Source: Minisyncoccota bacterium (GTDB lineage: Bacteria > Patescibacteriota > Minisyncoccia > Phycocordibacterales > UBA9973). Taken from it: 64,000 bases of DNA. The first letter of the stretch is position 1. Every line of letters starts with the position of its first letter. The stretch covers positions 21,913 through 85,912 of the forward strand of contig JBAYVZ010000004.1 in NCBI GenBank assembly GCA_041674285.1, read 5' to 3'. This document shows, piece after piece, positions 59,182 through 64,000 of this stretch. The position numbers and the translations under genes were made by a program. Under the pieces are notes generated by a model, which was given only the letters and a program-made list of their open reading frames with translations, searched no databases and had not been told where the DNA came from.

Positions 59182-59230
59182 GCGGACAAAAAAGCCGTTA
59201 TTGCAGGTTCGATTCCTGCCGAGGGCACAA
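59182..59230 (+). repeat. Direct duplication of tRNA-Arg 3' half (att-like scar)
   Basis: AAGCCGTTATTGCAGGTTCGATTCCTGCCGAGGGCACAA identical to tRNA; anticodon loop replaced by A-run. Confidence 0.85.
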
Positions 59231-59265
59231 TATAAATAAAATACCTCCCCTATTGGGGAGGTATT

Positions 59266-59613
59266 TTATTTCTTAAAACGAGGGTCTTCTAATTTTAGAT
59301 TACTATCCCTTAGTGATTCCATTTTTTTAGCCTTTATATCAAAATAGCTCTTTACATTATTCAACAATTTTTCATTCCTAGAAATCAAAGTATTTTTTGA
59401 AGAAAACTCCAAACTTTTATTTAAAAAATTATCATTTTTTATTTCATATAACAGATAGAAGCTTGATATAACCAAAAGAAACAGAATCACAAAAAAAGAA
59501 TTCAACATAAAAATCCAATGCTTGTGTGGATTCATACACACAGACTTTTTGTGATGTTTTATGAAAAGAGATTTTATATCTAATATATTCATATTAAAAA
59601 GTATATACTTCAA
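59266..59613 (-). CDS. Single-TM hypothetical protein of pilMNO cluster
   Basis: NPHKHW + TM; last gene of the cluster. Confidence 0.55.
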   Translation of the reverse strand: MKYILFNMNILDIKSLFIKHHKKSVCMNPHKHWIFMLNSFFVILFLLVISSFYLLYEIKNDNFLNKSLEFSSKNTLISRNEKLLNNVKSYFDIKAKKMESLRDSNLKLEDPRFKK

Positions 59614-60148
59614 ATAATATTTCAGCGACCCAAGGATACCAAACTTCCCCCTTTTTTAGAACCTGGGCCGGAGTACCATCTTTGTTCGCAATATTCGTAT
59701 TTATATTTAAAGATTTTATATTTACAATATAAGGTATACTCTCGACCATTTTTATAGACTTAAACACAGAGACGAAGCTTCCCTCTATGGACAATCCTAT
59801 ATTTATAACCCGTTTATCTTCTTTTGAAAAATCAACAGATGACACTGAGGTTTTATTTCCCAGACTATTTGAATCTTTTTCAAGACCAGAAACAAAGTCA
59901 TCAATGGAGTCTGGATTAATAAAATATGAATCTACTATTTTATTATCATCAACAGCTTCTTTTATATTTTTAGACAAAATAGATCCTTGCTGTTTTTGCA
60001 TAATCTTTTCATCCAAAGTCGCCTGCATCGCACTTGTATGAATATTTTTATTCATAATAACAGTGAACAAAAAAGCAAAAAAACCCACAGACAAAATCAA
60101 TAGAATAGAAGAGATTATAAATAAAATGGTTGTTTTAGATTTTTTCAT
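59594..60148 (-). CDS. PilO-like protein
   Basis: TM, coiled coil, IEGSF..VFKSIKMVESIPY. Confidence 0.65.
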   Translation of the reverse strand: MKKSKTTILFIISSILLILSVGFFAFLFTVIMNKNIHTSAMQATLDEKIMQKQQGSILSKNIKEAVDDNKIVDSYFINPDSIDDFVSGLEKDSNSLGNKTSVSSVDFSKEDKRVINIGLSIEGSFVSVFKSIKMVESIPYIVNIKSLNINTNIANKDGTPAQVLKKGEVWYPWVAEILFEVYTF

Positions 60149-60149
60149 A

Positions 60150-60689
60150 TTATTTCAGAATTAATACCATGTTAAAATCTATATCCTGTGGTTTAATAAA
60201 ATTAGAAATAGGCAAATCTACAGAAGAAAAAGTTTGATCGGCAGAGAGTGCGTCTTTAAAAGTCCTAAGTGCAGTTCTATCACTAGCAATACCCACTATA
60301 TTAACAGTCGCTTTTTTTAACCCAGCGATATTATAAGATATCTGACTGAATACTACCCCCTGAGTCCGGAGGGATAATATTTTCTCTAAAACATATTCAG
60401 AAATATACGAATCATTTTTCTTTGAAATTATAAAAGACAATTTTTCGTTTGTTTTTAAAATTTCATTGTTTAATTTATCTATATCAATCTGTGGATTTTG
60501 AGCATTAAAAATTTCTAGATTTGACTGAGCTATCCCCTCTCTGAGGACTGAGTATTTGTATGATGGAGAGATAAACAACGCAGCAACTACGGCAAGAATT
60601 GATATCATAAAAAAAGAAACAATTAAAAGTCGGAATAGATATTCCTGTCTTAATTTATCTTTATCTTTTTTGGGTAATAGATTAATCAT
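60150..60689 (-). CDS. PilN-like protein
   Basis: MINLLP, TM, IVGIASDR..L..F, FSSVDLP. Confidence 0.8.
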   Translation of the reverse strand: MINLLPKKDKDKLRQEYLFRLLIVSFFMISILAVVAALFISPSYKYSVLREGIAQSNLEIFNAQNPQIDIDKLNNEILKTNEKLSFIISKKNDSYISEYVLEKILSLRTQGVVFSQISYNIAGLKKATVNIVGIASDRTALRTFKDALSADQTFSSVDLPISNFIKPQDIDFNMVLILK

Positions 60690-61761
60690 ATAAATAATCT
60701 CCTAATGCCAGACCAAGCACGGTAACATAAGACAAAGATTCTTTTGCTGACATATACGGAACTGATTCATCCATGTTTGATATATTGGTCCAAGCATTTG
60801 CATACTCTACACGGGTTTTAAAACTGACAGAGAGGTACGAAGATAGGCCTGGTATATTTGACCCACCTCCACATAGAATAATCTTGGATATTGGATTTCT
60901 ACTTTTACCACTTTCTGATTTATGAGTAGCCCAATAAACAAAATGCTTATTTATCTCATCGCGAAGTACGGCCACCACGTTTAGAACTGCGGGAAAAATA
61001 TCTTCACCGCTCTCTATCCCCAACTCCCCAAAGGCATATTTTTTCTTCTCGGCATCTTCGATAGAAATATTGTAGTGCTTTGCTATCATCTCCGTAAAAG
61101 TATCTCCCCCGATATCAAAAGTAGAAGTAAATACAATCTTTCTGTTCACTGCTATAGATATCCCTGTGCGAGTCTCTCCAAAATCTATAATCATAGTAGT
61201 GCCGATATCTTCCATTGAGATAACAGCTTCAGCTATAGACTGAGCCTCCAGTTCAAAAGATATAGGTATGAGCCCCGCGCGATTAAAAACAAATAGATAA
61301 TCTTCGACAACCTCAGAAGAAATGGCTACCACCTCCACTGTCACATGGGTATCGGTCTCAGACAAAACCTCATAATCAAAAAGAGTGGATTTTGCAGAAA
61401 GAGGAATATGGTCTTCGAGTTGCAACAAGATTGTATCTCTGAGGCCAGTCTCTTCTATCTTTACAACAGACAAGGTAAAAAGATATATTTGTTCCTCGGG
61501 CAGAGCCACTCGGACAAATTCCATATTTTCTTTTTCTTTTAATCTGCTCAAGATTACGATAAGCTCTTCGGGATCCTCTATCCTACCTGATTTTATTATC
61601 CCGCTATCGATTTTTTCCCTGCCATACTTCCCTAGCCTCAATCCAGAAGGAGACATCTTTAATTCACCGTATTTGATAGAGTGATCAGATATGTCCATAG
61701 AATAAGAAAACATACCGAGTAGTTTGGGTGTAGGAAAATGCTTGCTGTATAATTGCTTCAT
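60682..61761 (-). CDS. pilM: Type IV pilus assembly protein PilM
   Basis: MDISDHSIKY, IIDFGETRT, IGGDTFT, IILCGGGSNIPGL, LGLAL. Confidence 0.9.
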   Translation of the reverse strand: MKQLYSKHFPTPKLLGMFSYSMDISDHSIKYGELKMSPSGLRLGKYGREKIDSGIIKSGRIEDPEELIVILSRLKEKENMEFVRVALPEEQIYLFTLSVVKIEETGLRDTILLQLEDHIPLSAKSTLFDYEVLSETDTHVTVEVVAISSEVVEDYLFVFNRAGLIPISFELEAQSIAEAVISMEDIGTTMIIDFGETRTGISIAVNRKIVFTSTFDIGGDTFTEMIAKHYNISIEDAEKKKYAFGELGIESGEDIFPAVLNVVAVLRDEINKHFVYWATHKSESGKSRNPISKIILCGGGSNIPGLSSYLSVSFKTRVEYANAWTNISNMDESVPYMSAKESLSYVTVLGLALGDYLYD

Positions 61762-61801
61762 CGTATTTATATTATACGATAGATACTATCAATATAAAAG
61801 T

Positions 61802-62398
61802 TTATTTTGTTTTAGATAAATAATTTCTAATCAGAGTTGCCAGTACTGGGATCAATGACAAAAATACGATGCCTACAACTACAGGGATGATATACGTATC
61901 TGGATTGGGAATTAAATTTCCAAAGAAATACCCGAGTGAGAGTAATGAAACGGACCACAGGATTCCCCCAAAAATATTGTAAGAGATGAATGTCTTGTAA
62001 TCCATCCTAGCAACTCCAGCAACTATAGGAGCAAATGTACGGATCACAGGGATGAAGCGAGCTAGTATTATCGTATACTTGCCATGCTTTTCATAAAAAT
62101 GCTCAGCTTGATGCAATCTCTTTTTCTTAAAGAAAAAACCCGCTTCTTTTTCAAATAAAGATCTGCCCATACTCTTTCCTGACCAGTACCCCACACTATC
62201 CCCTAGTATCGCTGCGATGGAACACAAAATTAAAAGCAATCTAATATCCAAAAATCCTTGAGATGCGATGAGTCCTGCAGTGAACAGCAGAGAATCTCCT
62301 GGGAAAAAGAATCCAAAGAAAACACCGGATTCCAAGAATACGATAACTACTATTCCGATTAAACCAACTGTCTGTATTAAATTTATAGGATCTAGCAT
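61802..62398 (-). CDS. DedA family membrane protein
   Basis: FLESGVFFGFFFPGDSLLFTAG, ARFIPVIRTFAP. Confidence 0.93.
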   Translation of the reverse strand: MLDPINLIQTVGLIGIVVIVFLESGVFFGFFFPGDSLLFTAGLIASQGFLDIRLLLILCSIAAILGDSVGYWSGKSMGRSLFEKEAGFFFKKKRLHQAEHFYEKHGKYTIILARFIPVIRTFAPIVAGVARMDYKTFISYNIFGGILWSVSLLSLGYFFGNLIPNPDTYIIPVVVGIVFLSLIPVLATLIRNYLSKTK

Positions 62399-62402
62399 AA
62401 AA

Positions 62403-62777
62403 TTATCTTATCTTGGAACCATTATCTACTTCGACTTCAGGAGTTATAAAAACAGGTGCACCGTCACGGCCATCTACAGCCATCAGCATACCCTGACTCT
62501 CGAAACCTTTTATCTTTCGTGGCTCCAAGTTTACGATGTAAAGAATTTGTTTGCCAATCAATTTTTCATAATCTGGATAAAATTCTCGAATACCAGATAC
62601 TATTTGTCGAAGTTTTGGCTCTGTAGTTTTTTCTTCACCTTCCCCTACTTCTACTGTCTCACCAAAATCAATCTGGCATCGTAGTAGTTTGTCTGTATCG
62701 GGAACAGGCTCGACTTCCCTAATCGTTCCAAATCTTATATCCATTTTTTTAAATTCATCGTATGTTATGTATTCCAT
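62403..62777 (-). CDS. tRNA-binding OB-fold protein (MetG C-terminus/CsaA-like)
   Basis: ITYDEFKKMDIRFG, DKLL, RQIVSGI, VNLEPRKIKGFESQGM. Confidence 0.9.
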   Translation of the reverse strand: MEYITYDEFKKMDIRFGTIREVEPVPDTDKLLRCQIDFGETVEVGEGEEKTTEPKLRQIVSGIREFYPDYEKLIGKQILYIVNLEPRKIKGFESQGMLMAVDGRDGAPVFITPEVEVDNGSKIR

Positions 62778-62796
62778 TTCTTTATTTTAATTATTT

Positions 62797-63777
62797 CTAA
62801 AGCGTATTAACTAACTTATCTTGAGACGATATGTCACCATCCAATTCTCCAATTTTACGAAAAGTATCAGCACCAAATGTTTCATCCACTAATCTTCCCA
62901 GTGGCAAAATATTTCCAGTTATCATTCCTTTAAAGAATACTTCAAGGACTTCTTCTTTATCTTTGAATTTTTCAGTATTCTTCTGATAAATTTTATCAAC
63001 TAAAGTGTGCAAAATTTTCCTTTCTTGTTTATACGTAAACCTTTCTGTATTTATTATAGTATTATATTTTTTACCAACTAAGCGCCCGACTGCCTCTCTC
63101 AATGATTTACGATTCTGTGTTTCTGCATAAAAAGTATCCTCATTAAAAAGTGGCTTTCCAGGCTCGATAATAGCTTGTGGATGTTTAGATATTATTTCTT
63201 TTGTCTGATTTACTTCATCGATAAAAAGTTTATTATCTAGAATTTTCAATACAGTCCTTTTTGTTATCTCTTCTGTAACTGCTTCATTGAGATTTGTAAA
63301 ATATATTTTATCTCCATCTCTGGTCTGAACAGTTAAACCTAGCCGATATTCTGATAGTTCAGGTTTTTCAACGTTAGTAATTTGAAGGGCATTATATGAT
63401 TTAAAGTGCAGCATTTCATGAAAAACCTTAGCAGTGAATGCTAGATTAGAAAAATTCTCACGCATAACAACACCTTGCATGCCTGAATTAAAATAAGCTG
63501 TATTTTTTTCATCTGACCATTTTTCATCAGAAACAACATGAATATTATCCGGCGGTACGTCAAAATTTTCTAAACCATATTTTTGCCTAATTTCATTTGT
63601 AAGATTATTAACCATATCAATAATCTGCAACTCATTTGATGTTTTTTTTCTTTCAACCCTCTTTAAATGATCAAAGGCTTGATCGTTAAATGACTCCCCA
63701 CTGTGTCTAAGAATTTGTTCTTGTTCTTTTTCTGAAATTTTTCCGACAACTCGGTCAATTGATGAAAATTTTTCCAT
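62797..63777 (-). CDS. Hypothetical HExxH zincin-like protein
   Basis: FHEMLHF and downstream LNEAVTE. Confidence 0.55.
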   Translation of the reverse strand: MEKFSSIDRVVGKISEKEQEQILRHSGESFNDQAFDHLKRVERKKTSNELQIIDMVNNLTNEIRQKYGLENFDVPPDNIHVVSDEKWSDEKNTAYFNSGMQGVVMRENFSNLAFTAKVFHEMLHFKSYNALQITNVEKPELSEYRLGLTVQTRDGDKIYFTNLNEAVTEEITKRTVLKILDNKLFIDEVNQTKEIISKHPQAIIEPGKPLFNEDTFYAETQNRKSLREAVGRLVGKKYNTIINTERFTYKQERKILHTLVDKIYQKNTEKFKDKEEVLEVFFKGMITGNILPLGRLVDETFGADTFRKIGELDGDISSQDKLVNTL

Positions 63778-63786
63778 TCTATTATT

Positions 63787-64000
63787 TTAATTACTTTTTA
63801 AATTTTTCTTTTCGAGATATCTCTGTAGTATGAGTGCGGCGGCAGAGGCATCGGCGGGATTTTGTTTTTCTTTTGCTGTCTTACGGGCATTGTTCACCTC
63901 TTTGCCACCCCTACCCCGAGCCTCTATGGTAGTCATGAATTCTTTTTGTAGATAAACAGGAAGATCACACTCTATCTCTATATTCTTTACAAATGTTTCA
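63787..64000 (-). CDS. ruvX: YqgF/RuvX family nuclease, C-terminal part
   Basis: Hand translation ...LPVYLQKEFMTTIEA...ADASAAALILQRYLE. Confidence 0.85.
   Translation of the reverse strand, partial: ETFVKNIEIECDLPVYLQKEFMTTIEARGRGGKEVNNARKTAKEKQNPADASAAALILQRYLEKKNLKSN

Noticed and set aside
1231-62684. Numerous antisense and nested ORFs in the track
   Set aside because: Shadows of well-supported genes on the other strand or frame

Overview
Chromosomal window from a low-GC Patescibacteria/CPR bacterium (Parcubacteria-like: no rplA after rplK, type IV pilus/competence genes, S-layer-like protein; standard code 11). Most genes are on the minus strand: housekeeping genes (ftsK, recA, efp, secE-nusG-rplK, recJ, rnhA, pgk, tpiA, rpsL-rpsG, a frameshifted fusA, rplS), two pilus clusters, four tRNAs (His, Leu, Val, Arg), and a vitamin B12 module (class II RNR, ECF S-component, cobalamin riboswitch, two DUF4430/transcobalamin-like surface proteins, PduO). 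No transposase, integrase, reverse transcriptase or CRISPR array is visible. The most unusual signals are non-coding. (1) ~70-125 bp elements with YCCYGTTAGA...TCTAACRGGR termini sit exactly at start codons and regenerate the ATG, or insert in frame in rnhA. (2) A ~500-nt structured leader of the S-layer gene has four hairpins displaying GAUAGAG loops. (3) A wHTH gene is loaded with TGTCYTTT repeats. (4) Covarying multi-hairpin repeats are built from the tRNA-His 3' end. (5) A synonymously recoded duplicate of the fusA 3' end carries a hairpin insert. (6) Leaderless-type promoters are pervasive, and two ORFs start 2 nt after a tRNA. All product calls come from motif recognition by eye, not database searches.
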